64,000 nucleotides of DNA, taken from assembly GCF_018977255.1 (NCBI RefSeq), contig NW_024704743.1:91762001-91826000 (forward strand). Direction: 5' to 3'. Positions 36,089 to 49,975 of this stretch are shown here, in pieces. The stretch is from Callorhinchus milii (lineage: Eukaryota). Both the position numbers and the translations under genes were made by a program. Each line of letters starts with the position of its first letter. Positions within the stretch are counted from its first letter, which is position 1. The notes below the pieces were generated by a model. That model worked only from the letters and a program-made list of their open reading frames with translations. It ran no database searches and was not told the DNA's origin.

Positions 36089-37880
36089 ATTAACTGAGTT
36101 GCAACAAGGACCAGTTTATTCACATTAAATATTTTTAGCTGTAGAATAAAATAATACTTGATAATAATCCTTGGATATAATATAGCGCCTTATCATGTCT
36201 CAAAGCGCTTCACAGGAGATACTTTAAAGTGGATTGACTGTATTTTGTGGGTAAAACGCTGTGAAAGGCAGTTATCTGAAGTGAACAACATAGTGCTATT
36301 TCATGTTTCGTTGGAGTAAACTTCATATAAACCTCAAGCAGAAACAATGCAATTGCCAGGCACTGCAGTAGAACGAAACAAACACTTGCACATAACCAGA
36401 CTTGCACACAAATGTCATCGATCTGATGATGTACGCAAACTTGGAAATAATTTACAATTTGTATGTTTTCAGATTACATTCAAGTGGATTTGTCTGCATT
36501 TGGACAGTTCGTGTTTAAAAAAAGGTTTCTGAGCAGCTCACCATGTGAAAGGGTTTGACCAGCTTTTAGTATTCAGATGTAGTGCTTACTTCTAACAGGC
36601 AGCTGTTTTATCCCAACTCAATTTCTCCACTCTGCCCTCTGCTGATGCTGTAGTTCATCTACAATAAGTTGTTTGCGTCAAATTACCCGGCTGAAGCAAC
36701 TTGTACTGTAAATTTGGATCATTTTTATTCTGTCACATCGTGAAAGATGAGGAGAAAGGATTTTTATTTTAAGCAATGTGAGTCACAAAAAGAAAGACAG
36801 ATGAAACTTATTTTAGATCGTAATCACGCCTTATGAATTTTGGTGTGTACAAATAATAAGGTTGATCAGACCAAGGTGGTATTCTAGTTTATCCAAGGTT
36901 ACTTACTCAATCATCTGAGGTAGATTGATTCATCCAGTGCTGTTGCATGCTCTTCTACCCAGCATCGGTGCTTATAAATGAAGCATGGTCTGTGCTGAGA
37001 ATAGATCTAAAGCACAAGTGAAGGGATTTGGAAGTACATCGGTTTTGATGTATAATAAAATGAGGTTAATAAATGATTTTCAGGATTACTCTTATTCTTA
37101 AACTGGTGAATACGCATGTGTTTTCCACACACCTCCGATGACTGTTATCCTAACCCTGTAGAGCTTAGCAAAGAAATCGTGAAGGTGATTTTGGAATGTA
37201 TTTTACATAATGCAGAAATGAAAGTCAAAGAGAGCATATTTGTTTATTTAGTGGTTTATATTTTTCTGCAGCTTATCTCAGCTGCTAAACTGTTAAACTC
37301 TTGCTTCCCGATTCGCAGTGAGCTTGAGAAGGATGCAACTGAGAATAGCCAAGTGAATGTTTTTATTACAAATTGTCCACAATACAAATACATTGGCACA
37401 AATGAGAAGCTTAGCTTGTGACAAGAAAATAATGATTTTTTTTCTAATTATTCTGGCTACTTTGGGAAAGGCAAGGTGGACATGCCTATGCCCTTCAAGC
37501 CTTAACACCTGCCATCTCTGGCCTCCTCATACCCAACACTTCTGTGCCTTCAGCCGCTACTCCCTTTGAACTTCCTCCTCAATTCTTCCAGATCACCCTT
37601 TCTTTATCTATCTTTTAATGCTACCGACCTCTTTGTCTTATGCCTATGGTCACCTCCCCTTCTCTCTTCTTCCACCAGGAAGCTCAGTGCCTTATCCTGT
37701 GCTTCTACTAAGTAGCATTTCAGAAGGCTGGGCACAGATTAAGTTTCCTTAGCATTTCATAAAAGAATTAATGAAACAAGTTTTTCTCTCTCTTAGTGCA
37801 AGGAAAAGAACAGCACTAGGAAATTTTCACTGTAATGTCGAAAATGAAGAAGGTAAAAATAATATATAAAAAGCGCATCA

Positions 37881-38859
37881 TAAATAATTTCACTAAGGTG
37901 CCCAAATTTAAAAGAAATCAGATTTAAAGGAAGCAGATGGACATTCATGAAGAAGGGGTAACATACAATTGCTATTTCTGCTAAAATTCTGACTCGTGTA
38001 ACATTCACTTGCAACTTTATCTTTCAGGAGTTATCAAGTTAGGTAGCATAGAGAAGCAAAGAATAATATATTCATCACGAAGATTAATCATACAAATGAC
38101 AACCTGGCTTGGGAAACACACCAGCCTCTGCAATGCACCAGTTGATACTATCAACTAGTTTTATCAGAAACACCAGCTGAAAGTATAGCTGGTTTATCAA
38201 TTACATTGCCGTTTTCTGTTTTGTGTTGCTACAGCATATTACCCCTTGTGTATTTGTGCTGGAGATGTCTATGGTTACAGATTGACTCCACCTGATCCTT
38301 TTTCGTGTTTGAGTGAGTTTCCATCACTGAATGAAACAAAAATCCAGTGAATACTATATCTTAATTAAGATTAATTAGAAACAATCTAAAATAGTGGTGT
38401 CAGCTTAACTGGTGAGCTACATGTGTGTGGCCCATGTATGAAACATCTTCCAATATTTATACGAGTAACTAATTTAACAATCTTGAAGAACAGTGGCCCA
38501 ATATATTTCACATAGTGTGTTATCACATTGTTGAGACCTCTCAAAGAGCCTCACAAGATTTTATTGTACTGTGTAATCAATAAGTTGTAGGCAAATGTGG
38601 CAGCCAATTTGCACACAACAATATTCTACAAAAAGTCATGGAATGAATGATGAATTTATTTGTGGGATTGTTGGTTAGAACACCGGAGAAACTCCCTTTT
38701 CTTTTTGAATAGTGACATGGGATCCTTAATGCCTCAGACCTTGGTTTAACTTTTCATCCGAATGGTGCTGTACACCAGTGTCAGCCTTCAAAATAAGTTA
38801 TATCTGCATCCTTTAAACCTGTTTTCTTTTAAATTTGGGCACCTTAATAAACATATTTA
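37881..38859. repeat. ~58-bp inverted repeat pair (37881-37938 and 38802-38859) bracketing ~860 bp; possible non-autonomous DNA transposon
   Basis: taaggtgcccaaatttaaaagaaatcagatttaaaggaagcagat versus atctgcatcctttaaacctgttttcttttaaatttgggcacctta. Confidence 0.8.
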
Positions 38860-39419
38860 TTTTGCTTAAACTTTACTTTAAATACAGACACTGTATTGCA
38901 TTTAGTAATGAGACCATTTTACCTTTAAATGAAACCCAATCATACTGTAGTTGTTTCTGATTGAATTGCTCTTCTCAAATGGTCTATTAAAGCTTAAACT
39001 TTCATCGTGCTTTATTTACATCAAAATTACTCTTTGTAAAGTGCTTTACAATAATTACTGTCAAGAGTCGTGACTGATTTTATAGGTAAACATGGCAACA
39101 TTTTGCATACAGCAAGGTTTCACAAACAGTCTTGGGGTGAATGACCAATTTATCTGGAGGATACAGGCAAAGGCAAGTGACTGCGTAAAGGAAGCACGTG
39201 TAGAGGGCAGTCATATTCCATGACTGGGATAGAACTTGCAAAGGGGGAGGCAGAAAGAGATCTAATGGTGATAGTTGATCATTTCAAAAAAAGTTTGATG
39301 CTGGGATGGGAGAACTGTAAAGTGGATATCCTTGAGGGAAAAGATGAAATAAACCAAAGGTCCTTCTTCATCCGAATAAATCTTGTGATCTTGTGATTGT
39401 TGGCAGAGTCAATGTGAAA

Positions 39420-39615
39420 ATAATAATAATAATAATAATCCTTGCATTTGATATAGCGCTTTTCACGTCTTCTAGACGTCCCAAAGCACTTCACAGAATA
39501 TACTGTAAAGTGAATTGACTATATATTTGCAGGCGAATGCGGCAGCCAATTGCGCACAGCAATGTCCCACAAACAGTCATGGATTGAAAATGACCAATTT
39601 ATTATTGTTTTGTTA
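39420..39615 (-). mobile_element. 5'-truncated young SINE
   Basis: Near-identical to the reverse complement of 58010-58208. Confidence 0.95.
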
Positions 39616-42518
39616 TTATTCTATGTTTCAATTGTAAACAAAGACTTGTTGCATAATAAACACATCTGAATAATTAAATGTTTTGACTTGCTGCCCTGAT
39701 TGTGAATGAAGGCCTTCTTTTTTGGAAACAATAATCTCAATGGATGTTAATGTTCGCTGTCTTTATATCCATTTGGGGATACAGGTCTAAAGGATATTTG
39801 CAGCATTGGTGCAGTCAAGTCTAGAGAGTGCAGAGATCCTAGCAGATTGTTCTCAGTGATTCAAGAACCCAGCCAACCGTATAGTGTTGAGACAATCAGA
39901 CAGAGAATATCCTGCAGGTACAGTAGTTGATCAGCAGATGGAAGACGACAGGGTGTTATACAGCTGACCATTAGCAGTGGAGTGACAGCCGTATGGATGC
40001 AGCCCAAAATATATTTACAATTGTTTCGCTACATATGCAGAGATTCGAGAGAGCATATTGTCTTGTTCTAACAAACAAAATTATTCTCGGAGAATTGTTC
40101 ATGCTGGGTTATATTTTGAGTGGATTCAGTCACAGAAAACAGTCAGTCAGAAGAGTGGGCAGAAATCCATGTACAGTTTCTTTAATTTCAGATATGGTAC
40201 TTGGGAATGTGGGGCATTCCCACTAAGGTCACTTGAAAACTCAGGTATAATTAGCTTTGTAGGGATAGTATGATTAGGGGGAGATAAGACTGTTCTGGCC
40301 TTTGGCTGGCCTGAAAGGGTAGCATAAAAAGGTGATGGGAAAAGGGAAGAAACCATAAAAGATGACAGATTGGGCCATCATACTCCAATAGGCATCTTTT
40401 TGTAACCTATTTATATTCAGTTTATTTATAATGGCAGAATCCTACTGAAGTCTTTAACGCATTGAACATCGTAGCTATCCATTGCAGTATCTTTTTGAAA
40501 CCAAAGAGCTTTTATGTCCAAAGTTTAAAGTTTAGTTCTTAAACTATAAATAAACCAATTGTAATCGCCATGGACTAAATATCTCATAGCTCGTGTTACT
40601 CCCATCAACACAACTACTCTGCACTGCCAGTTGTAAATGCATTACTTTAATACTGAATGACAGTATTTTCAAGTAACACTCATTTTTCTAAAATGTTAAA
40701 CACTACTCGCTTAAAGGGGAAGAAAGGATATGAAAATTCTGACCAAATATAAAATTAATAAATATTTTAAATCCTTCCTGTGAATGCTTTCATACCACAA
40801 GGGAATTGAATTGTGATATGAATCCACATTTGCCCACAAGAATATTTTAAATTAAAAAATACTGCATTGTGAAAAATATGATACAGAAGATCCCCATTAC
40901 AGATCCCCCCACCCCACTTCCCCTAATAAAACACTGCCACGGTAATCAACAATCTACTTTTCACACCAGAGTCTGATGTTTTAGATAATTTCACAAGACC
41001 ACAAGAATGCTTTGGTCAAATAGGCCAATTTGACCCATTGATGACACCCTTCTAGAACAGCAGCTCGAAAAGCTCCATTACAGCATCAATTTATTACTTA
41101 AATAAGTCCAGCATCTTGGCTTCGTCCAACCTTTCTGGTAAATTATAAGCATTAAAGACCCGCTTTGTAATGAAATACTAACTCGTGCCCTGAGTAAAAT
41201 GGTGATAGCAAGAGGAACAATCGAACACCACACACATGGAACAATTGACCAGGAAATATGTGGAAAGGTAGAGAAGGACACAAGTGATACAATCAACCAA
41301 CATGTATGTGGAACAAAATAACTTACAAGGGGTAGTAATTCTACCTAGATAATAATAATAACCATCCTTGCATTTGATCTAAAGTTACTCTTTTTTCTTA
41401 GAATTTCAGAGTTTCAGAATTTGATAGATTCGTAATTTGAATCTTAATTCCGAAGTCACTTTTTTTGCAATTATTTTATGAACTATAGAAAACTGATGTT
41501 TTTATTTTGCCCATTTTTGGAAAAGCTGTAATGGTAAATAAATGGAGTAAATCTAGACTCAGATGGATTATCTCTAAAGCATAAAGGATTTCAAAAAGGA
41601 ACTCAATGAGTTCTGGAAGTTAAAGGTTTCAAGGTTATTACGTGTGAAATAAATATGTTGAAGGAAGCTTTTGGAAAATTCTAGTAATCCTTGCATTTGA
41701 TATAGTGTCTTATCCCATTGTTGAGACATCTCAAAATGCTTCACAGAATATACTGTAAAGTGAATTGACTGTATATTTTGTGCGCGAGATAAGGGTTTGA
41801 TTTGAATGAATTGGCTCATGGAAAGCCTGCTTTTGCCTAATGGAAACACCTGAAAGTGTTACTTAGTGGTGATAAATGTGACAAGTGATGTGATCCGACA
41901 ATTAACACTGTATAAGTCTCTATCGGCGCCTTGGGACGTCCTCCCGACGTGAAAAGCGTTACACAAATGTAATTTGGTTGTTGTTGTATAAAATGTGCCT
42001 GATTCCTAGAGAATCAATGGTACTATGCTGTTAAGGCACTCTGTTCATTCTGTTACAGTCATTGGACTTTATACTAAATCAACTAAATAGCACACAGCCA
42101 CAAGGAACAGTCATCATAGATTTAGAAGCAAAAAAAAGGCACGTCTCACTTAAATTCATTGCAGATCTAACCAAATTAGTGGTGAGAAGTGTCCAGATAA
42201 TGCATTTTACCAGGCCTTTGCAATAAACTTCCACATGGAGGTCTTTTAGGGAAGATTAAATCTGATAAGTTTAATGGCAACTTTGGTAGCTGGAGTAAAA
42301 ACTGATTTTCCCATAATTAGGAAGTGGAAGGCAAAGATAAATGGAACAATCTTTATGTGGGAGAAATAACTAGTGAAATTCTGAAGTGAACTCTCGTAGA
42401 TCCCCTGCTGTGCACACACTTTATAAATTATAGAGAAGATAGCTTTTATATAACTTTGCAAAATGTTCAGGTGATGCTAAGTTATCTAGACAGGTGAAAT
42501 GTATGATTTTTTGGGGGG

Positions 42519-43090
42519 TCAACTGGGTGTCTGACACATGCAAAAACCCATCATCATGCTTAAGAGTATCCAAATCAGACTGAGAGTTCCAAATAAGTAT
42601 GCCACCTACACATAGAAATTTCTCTGTGCTTGGGATGAAACAATGCTCTTTCCCTGGAGGCATGTATCTTGATTATCTAATTCCAGAGAATATTAGTTGC
42701 AGCTTGGCAAGGGCCATGGCTTGGGGACCCCAGAGTGTGTACGTAGGTGCTGCTGGAGTTTAACCAGCTAAAACTGCATAGCTTGCCATTGAGAGAACTG
42801 TCTGTCAAGCTTTCCGTTACTTGTCCAGCTAACACCACCCTACCTGTTGGGGCTTTGGCCTGCAGAGTTAACAGGAGCCGTATTGAAAGAATCCCTGCCC
42901 CCAGTGACTGGTCTGCCCCTCCAAATCCTGCTGGTGAGCCAGGCTAGCTGACCTGTTCTCAACAGTGCCCTTGATTACTGGAGAACCACCTGATTCAGAA
43001 ACCGTGCTGAATCGGGTGAGTATAGAGAATTGACTCAATTCCGACATTCCTTTGGCAAGCAATATCAGCTTGGAGCCAGCTCAGCAGAAT
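42519..43090 (+). repeat. Unclassified dispersed repeat, copy 2
   Basis: Colinear with 21251-21800. Confidence 0.85.
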
Positions 43091-44124
43091 ATATTTACAT
43101 TGAAGATAAAAAGACTGAGGAGAGCTTGATCCAGAGCTTTAATTTGCTGAGATAGGAGATAGTAGATGTCTGCAGTCTATTTGGTATAGACTGTGTGTGC
43201 AGAACTAGTAGAAAATTAATGAGTCTAAAGTAAAAAAGAAATATTTCTTCCCTCGAAAAATAGATGTGCACAGACTTGAGTTAAAATATGTTGATTTAAC
43301 ATCTTCCAAAAAGAGCTGGATGAATACCTAGTTAAACTTGAAGATAAAAGGCAAGTACAGATATAGGAAGGGATGAAGAATCTGCAACGAGGCAATGATA
43401 CATGATGGTTTGATTTGAATGAATTGGCTCATGGATGGTTGCTGTCTACTGGAGCTAAGAGTATGGCATCTGTAGAAAGTAAGGAAGCAGGGTTGAGCAG
43501 GAGAGATGGTGGTTGTTTTCAAGGTTTTTTTTTGATTACCTTTGGGGATCTAGGATAAATTGTGTAGAACTATCCCTCAGGAAATGAAATAAATGGTTAG
43601 TGTCCATGATAGGATCGATTGGGTACTGTCTGTCCATGAAGGGACCTGAAGGCCTGCTTCATGTTCTTATGCTTTTAAGACTGTATTTATCAGAAGGTCT
43701 CTTGCAATTCTGTTTACTGAACTTTGTAAAACAAGTGCTCTCAAGAGCTTTTATTGTCCTATTTTTGCTTGATAAAGTGTCTCTTACACTATTGTGTAAG
43801 TGTTAGATCATTGGTGAAAATAGTAATCTAAAGACAAAAATTCCTTTCTTTTGGGGGAAATCATATATCTGGAGGGAGAGGCGACTAAAGTTCATAAGGT
43901 CTTTATGTTTCCAGTACACTGCAGATTGCAGTGAAAATGCTTGCACAGAACTCCAAAATGATATATCTGTTTTTTATATTATTAAAGAAGTGGTCATGGA
44001 ATTGGTTCTTTAACAACATTAAAAAAGTCCTATTAAACATCCTTGGGTGACCAAAGGCAAACCTTATATGGGAAATCACAACTGATCTCAGTGCAATTCG
44101 CACCCACTGCATTTATATTGCATA

Positions 44125-44445
44125 TTACAATACAATACAAAATTACATTTGTATAATGCCTTTCACGTCGCAAGGTGCTGGGATTTGGACCCGAGCTGAG
44201 GGTTGGGATCGGGGAGGGTGGAGGGCAGGGAGGATAGGAAAGTGGCTAAAGGTGCGGTTAAAAAAGAAGGTCTTGATATGTGCCTTTAAGGAGGCAAGGG
44301 AGCTAGTAAGGTGAAGGAAATGTGGGATGCAGTTCCAAAAGGTGGGGACAGATAGGTTGAAGGCCTGATATGGTGGGGTGGGCTTCTCGGGGGATGTGGA
44401 GCAAGCTGGAGCCTACTGAGCGGAGGGAGCGGTCAGATTGATATG
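44125..44445 (-). mobile_element. L2 3' fragment
   Basis: RSLRSVGSSLLHIPR...PTISG; tail caatacaatacaaaattacatttgtataatgcctttcacgtcg. Confidence 0.8.
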
Positions 44446-44479
44446 GGTTATGCACAAGGGCTGATAACTGGAAAACAAA

Positions 44480-44835
44480 AATTAATACAGATAAATACAA
44501 GGTACTATATCTAGGAAGAAAGAATAATATATGTGTTCCATGGGTGAGGTAGAACCTGCTAAGAGGGAAGCTGAAAGAGATCTTGGGGTGTTAGTTGATT
44601 CATTGCTCGTTAGTCAAAACAATGTGAGGCAGCAAAAAAACAGGCAAATAAGATGCTGGGCTTTATTGCCAAATTAGTTGAGTTTAGATATCTGGACGTC
44701 ATGCTCAGGCTGTGTAATACTCTGGTCGAGCTGCACCTAGAACAATGCATACAGTTCTGGTTACCACATAAGAGCCCAGGCCCCAGTGGGAGAGGAATTA
44801 GCTATGTTAGAAAAGCTAGTCCTCTTCAGTGTTGA
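44480..44835 (+). mobile_element. Old CR1 RT fragment
   Basis: ERDLGVLVD...ANKMLGFI...LVELHLEQCIQFWLP. Confidence 0.8.
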
Positions 44836-46219
44836 GAAGATTCTGGTGGGGGTGGGGGTTCTTCAGGATGTAATACTGTATTGTAATCTTGAATGTGACA
44901 TATATGAAATTATCTGATACAAAAAATTTGGATGTATTACCCTTTCACCTACTGGCAATTTTGCAAACAAATGTAAAATAAATAATTTCCCATAAGTAAT
45001 TGATTTCCGATCTCCAGCCTTTCACAAATGCCAGCAAGAAATTATGCAAATATTACATAGGCAGCTGCTCTGGTAGGTCTAACAGAATAATTATGCTAAC
45101 TGAAACATGCTCTCACATTGTTGAGAGAGGCAGCTTTGATACTAAATCATTTGAGCAGTTTTGGATCAATAAAGTTCTATTGATAGTTGTGGTGTTAGAA
45201 ACTTTGCAGTTCATTTTCAACCAGGAATAATGCAACATTAAATGTCCCATTAATACATTTGCAAAATCTGTGCAGTATTTACAACATACTTCAATTGTCA
45301 TCAAAAATCATCAGTCGCATGCCAATCAAATTAAATTTACTGAAGCAAGTTGTAACAGCCTGAAACATTTCTCATTTTCGCCCACAAATATACAGTCAAT
45401 TCAATTTACAGCATATTCTGTGCAGTGCTTTGAGACTTCTACAAGACATAAAAAGCATTATATCAAATGAAAGGATTATTATTAACTGATGTAGAGATTA
45501 ACATGAGAATGAATAAAGTCACAAAACAATAAGTATCATTTAATCTGTTGTATGTAATAATACGTAATACTTGATTTTGAGATCGGTTATGATTTACATT
45601 AAGTACTCCAAGACGCCGTCCGCTGTGATGCAAGGTATTGTTACTTTAAAGTGCAGTGACTTGATGTGTAGGCAAACATCAATCTACTCTGGTTACACCC
45701 ACAAACAGAAATGAGATGACTGAATAATTTGTTAATTATGACCGAGGCACCTGAAGACCCCCCTGATCTGGTTTTAAATAGTGTCATGGGAGGGGATCTT
45801 TAACATTCAACCTGGAACGGACAAAAGGGACCTCAGCTTGACATTTTAGCTAAATTACAGCAATAACAATAAGTAAGCTTAAGCTCCTCATTCCACACAG
45901 AGAGACATTTCTATATGTAGGTGCTAACACTAGTCTGGCCTGGTTATTGTTAGACAATGCTATGATACTAAGGAAGCACCTATTACTCTTCTTGGTGTCA
46001 TTCAAACAGCATGAATAGCAAATGTCCACATATCCCTTCCCACCACTATCAGTCACTGCCCACATCCAAAATGATTCTGTTGTCAACACCAACTCTTCTG
46101 TGCAAGCAGTTTCAATTCAGTTTCCTAATTTGCAATTAATTCCCATCATCCTTTATCAACTGTGTTCTCTCTTCTGCCTTAGCTCAATGGGAAAAACCCT
46201 GCTCTCAGACTCCATTCTG

Positions 46220-46543
46220 ATAATGATAATAATAATGATAATTATCCTTGCATTTGATATAGCGCTTTTTCATGTCTTCTCGATATCTCAAAGCACTTTA
46301 CAGAATATACTGTAAAGTGAATTGACCGTATATTTGTGGGTGAAACGTGGCAGCCAATTGCGCACAGCAGTGTCCCACAAACAGTCGTGGATCGAAAATG
46401 ACCAATTTATTATTGTTTTATTTTTTGGAGGGTTTATTAGGCGTGTGGAGTAAGGAAACTTGCCCAAGGTTTCACCCTGCCTGGAATTGAACCCAGGTGT
46501 CTCGCTTGCACAGCGAGTGCTCTAACCACTGAGCTACAGGACT
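46220..46543 (-). mobile_element. Full-length young tRNA-Ala-derived SINE
   Basis: Reverse complement of 57882-58208. Confidence 0.95.
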
Positions 46544-48478
46544 GATCTTCAATGACAGCAATGGGTTACACCAGAAGAGGGAATTGACTGAATTAAATCA
46601 GTTTCCTCAACTCTGGCTGAAAATCACACCAATCCCCACTCCACTAGAACAATAAGACAGAGGCAGGAAGGAGGACTGCACTTTTAACAGCATATGTATG
46701 ATATGATATTCCGCTCATAAAATATATAATCAATTCACTTTACAGTATCCTCTGTGAAGCACTTTGAGATGTCTCGAGGACATGATAAGGCGCTATATCA
46801 AATGCAAGGATTATTATTATACATGTTTATGGAAATTTAAGATGGCTCTTCCTAATTTAAAATGAAATTTAGTACAAATTAAATCCAATATTCTAAATAT
46901 ACATTTTAATTTCTTTGTTTATTCTGATATTTTTGTGGTCTGCTCTTTGACCCTCTATTAGTTCACTTACAAATATTTGATGATATTGTTTCTACAGAAC
47001 ACTGTAAAGATGTTCACTCCAAGCGCCATGACAGTGTGCCCCATGCAAAGACATTATCTCAAATAATATTCTGCAGATACTAAAGCTCACTAACCTTATC
47101 AGTACCTAAGCCTCAGACCCCCAACAGTTATGGATATACACTGACATGGTTCAAATGGCATAGGTTTACTAGAGCAGAGGGGAATCTTCAGCTGCCCCAA
47201 TAGCAACTTGTCACACTGCTAGCACTACAGTCCCAGAGGGGTCCAAACTCATGGTTTCATGATTGGTGTTCTGCCATCCCTCTACTACCACTTGCCCTCA
47301 CAATCTCCCCTGTCAAGCCTTCAGGCTAGCCATGTGACATAATAATAATAATTCTTGCATTTGATACAACACCTTATCACATCTTCGAGATATCTCAAAG
47401 CACTTCACAGAATATACTATGAAGTGAATCGACTGTATATTTTGTGGGCAAAACGCGACAAACTATTTTTTAGTTATTTTGAAGGAATTGTAAGGCAAAG
47501 CACTGAAAGGCAGGCTTCTCACAGCGGACACAGCATAGGTCTCACCTCTTTTTCCCCAAGCTCACCTGGGTTAGTGCCTCCTTCCTGCAGCCCAGCGAGA
47601 GAGAGAGAGAGAGAGAGAGAGCACCCCCCCAAGAGGTGCAGCCCAAGGGATTTCTTCACTTCCAGTACATCCTGCAAATGAAATAATTGCTCTGTATTTA
47701 AAATTAAAGTGCACAGCACAGTAAGAAATAGGAATAGATTCTGTGCCAAATATAAGTGTTTTGAGATGTTCATTCTGATGTGAAATGTGTTTTACAGGTG
47801 AAGGTTGTTGTATTAAAAAAAAGATGTTTTGCTACATGCTCCCTGTCAAACTAAATGCAATAAACCGACATAAGAATACATATTTGCAAATGATTTATTG
47901 ATAGGACCTCTGCTAAAGGCACAATGTATAGATTGGAGTCTTTAACAGCTGGTGTGAGCGAGTTTTGGCAGGCTGGTTGGTGCAGAACAACAGCTGCCCA
48001 ATGAACCATTTGTTTTAACCAATTTCACATCCATCTTCATCAACTCAAAGAGCTTTTTTGGCTTTTCTGTTGCTCTAATCGCCTCAATCTAATGGAGGAA
48101 TTTGAACTAATCTATTGGTAAAATCAATAGTGTTCTGTTCTTTACTCTGTGATTTTTAGGAAGCACAGCTGAACAAAAGTAGTTCATTTTTCTGCCTATT
48201 TTATTTAAGTCCTATTTTTCTCCGGCTGGGTACCAAACAGAGAGAGGGTGTTTGTCCGTCTCCCAGGCCTCTGCTGCTAATTCTGTGAGCTGTTTGCTAA
48301 GAAGTGCAGTTTGTTACTGTCCAGATATCAACACTGCAACCTGCTCTGCTAACCTTGTCCAACAAATCCCATATTATAGTAGTAACAAGAGGGTCAAAGA
48401 AGGAACATTTGAGAGGAGTCATAGTTGCGAACAACACAATCAGCTTTAATTAAACAAACTAACCAACTAAACAATGCG

Positions 48479-48828
48479 TAATAATAATAATAATCCTTGC
48501 ATTTGGTACCTATTATGTTCATTGAGACTTCTCAAAGCGCTTCACAGAATTTATTGTAAAGAGTATTGACTGTGTAATTAGTGGGGTGAAACATGGCAGC
48601 CAATTGCGCACAGCAATGTCTTTTACAAATAGTCGTGGATTGAGTGGAGGGATTATTACCACTGTAAAGCAATCCAACAATCAACTAATTCCTGGGTTCC
48701 TACTACTGTTAGATAATCAGAGGTATGTGGAGTAAGGAAACTTGCCTATGGTTTCGACCCACTCAGGAATCAAATCCAGGTCCTCTCGCTAGTCAGGCGA
48801 ATCTGCTAACCGCGACGCTACAGGACTC
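48479..48828 (-). mobile_element. Full-length variant SINE with a divergent tRNA head and a different central segment
   Basis: Head gagtcctgtagcgtcgcggttagcagattcgcctgactagcgagaggacctggatttgattcc; shared ggcaagtttccttactccac and shared 3' half; unique ~70-nt middle at 48650-48720. Confidence 0.85.
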
Positions 48829-49539
48829 TGAAGCAATGTGTAGTGAGCACCCACAGAAAGGGAAGGCAGCTGGCTTTGTTTTCTCTTAAGACCCCCTGTT
48901 CCCACAGTCAAGATGCCTTAAATAATTTGCATAGCTTAGCTGCCAAGAAGAAACAATCATGTGGTGCCAAGGATCAGTCCTGGGTTAAACCAAGAGTCAT
49001 CTGGAGTCACTGAACAGTCACTGCTGACTTGCTATTAATACAAGTGCATTTTGATTCAGCCTAAAGAGTAGAAGTCAACAAACGTAATCTTGGAACTACC
49101 AGAAATAACATGATAAATATAGACTCCTGCATGAGTTTGGAATAGAATCATGTCTTATGTTCGTTCAGAGTATAAGGTATTCTTGTGCTGATTAAATACA
49201 AGTGCCATAGGCTGTCATCTTTAATCAAGACACAGAAGGTGTTGACATTCCAGACAAACAGGTTATCTGCATAAAGTAGTGTATTAAATCGTTCAATCTG
49301 TGCCTATAATGAAACCACATGGAGAGCTAAGTTATCATAACAGGCGCCATGCAGAGCTCTACTCAGATTGATGTGGAATAAAAAACTACAAAAAATTCAG
49401 ACCTCGACAAATTATTGTAACTAAAATGATTTGGGATTATTCAATTCAGAGATATTCGAAATGTTTTCAATGTTATAAGTGTTCTGCCAGATTCAAGGAT
49501 TATTATAGACATCTCTTTAAGAAAGACATCAAAGCGACA

Positions 49540-49975
49540 GAGCAGGGATGCAGAGTGGATATCCTCGGACGATCGCAGAGATGAGTTTTTTACTTATGGA
49601 CAGATCCAAAAGAAACTGGTCTTAATTTTTCTAGAACAGAAAATAATTGGGAGGAGACCTGACTCTTTAAAATTATAGAGACTTTGATAGATTAGATAAT
49701 GAGAATGTATTTCCTTTATTTGGTGAATCAGTGGCTAGGGAATATAACCAATATAAAACAATTAGCAAGGGAGCAAAGGGGATATTCAATTTTTTTTTGT
49801 ACAGAGACTTGTTGGGATGTGGAATGTTCTGTCGGGTGCAGTCACCAAGACAGAATCCATATTAGCTTTCAAGAAGCAGGTAAATAGGACTGATAATAAT
49901 GCTGATCAAGTCAATACAGAGTTAATGGGCTGAATGGCCTTCTTCTGTGCTGTAAATTTGTATGGATCTATAGAA
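49540..49975 (+). mobile_element. Old CR1 3' remnant
   Basis: ctagaacag...gaggagacctga...tttgatag; tail atgggctgaatggccttcttctgtgctgtaaat. Confidence 0.65.

Noticed and set aside
36916..36940. tgaggtag let-7-like seed
   Set aside because: The remainder does not match let-7 and no complementary arm was found.
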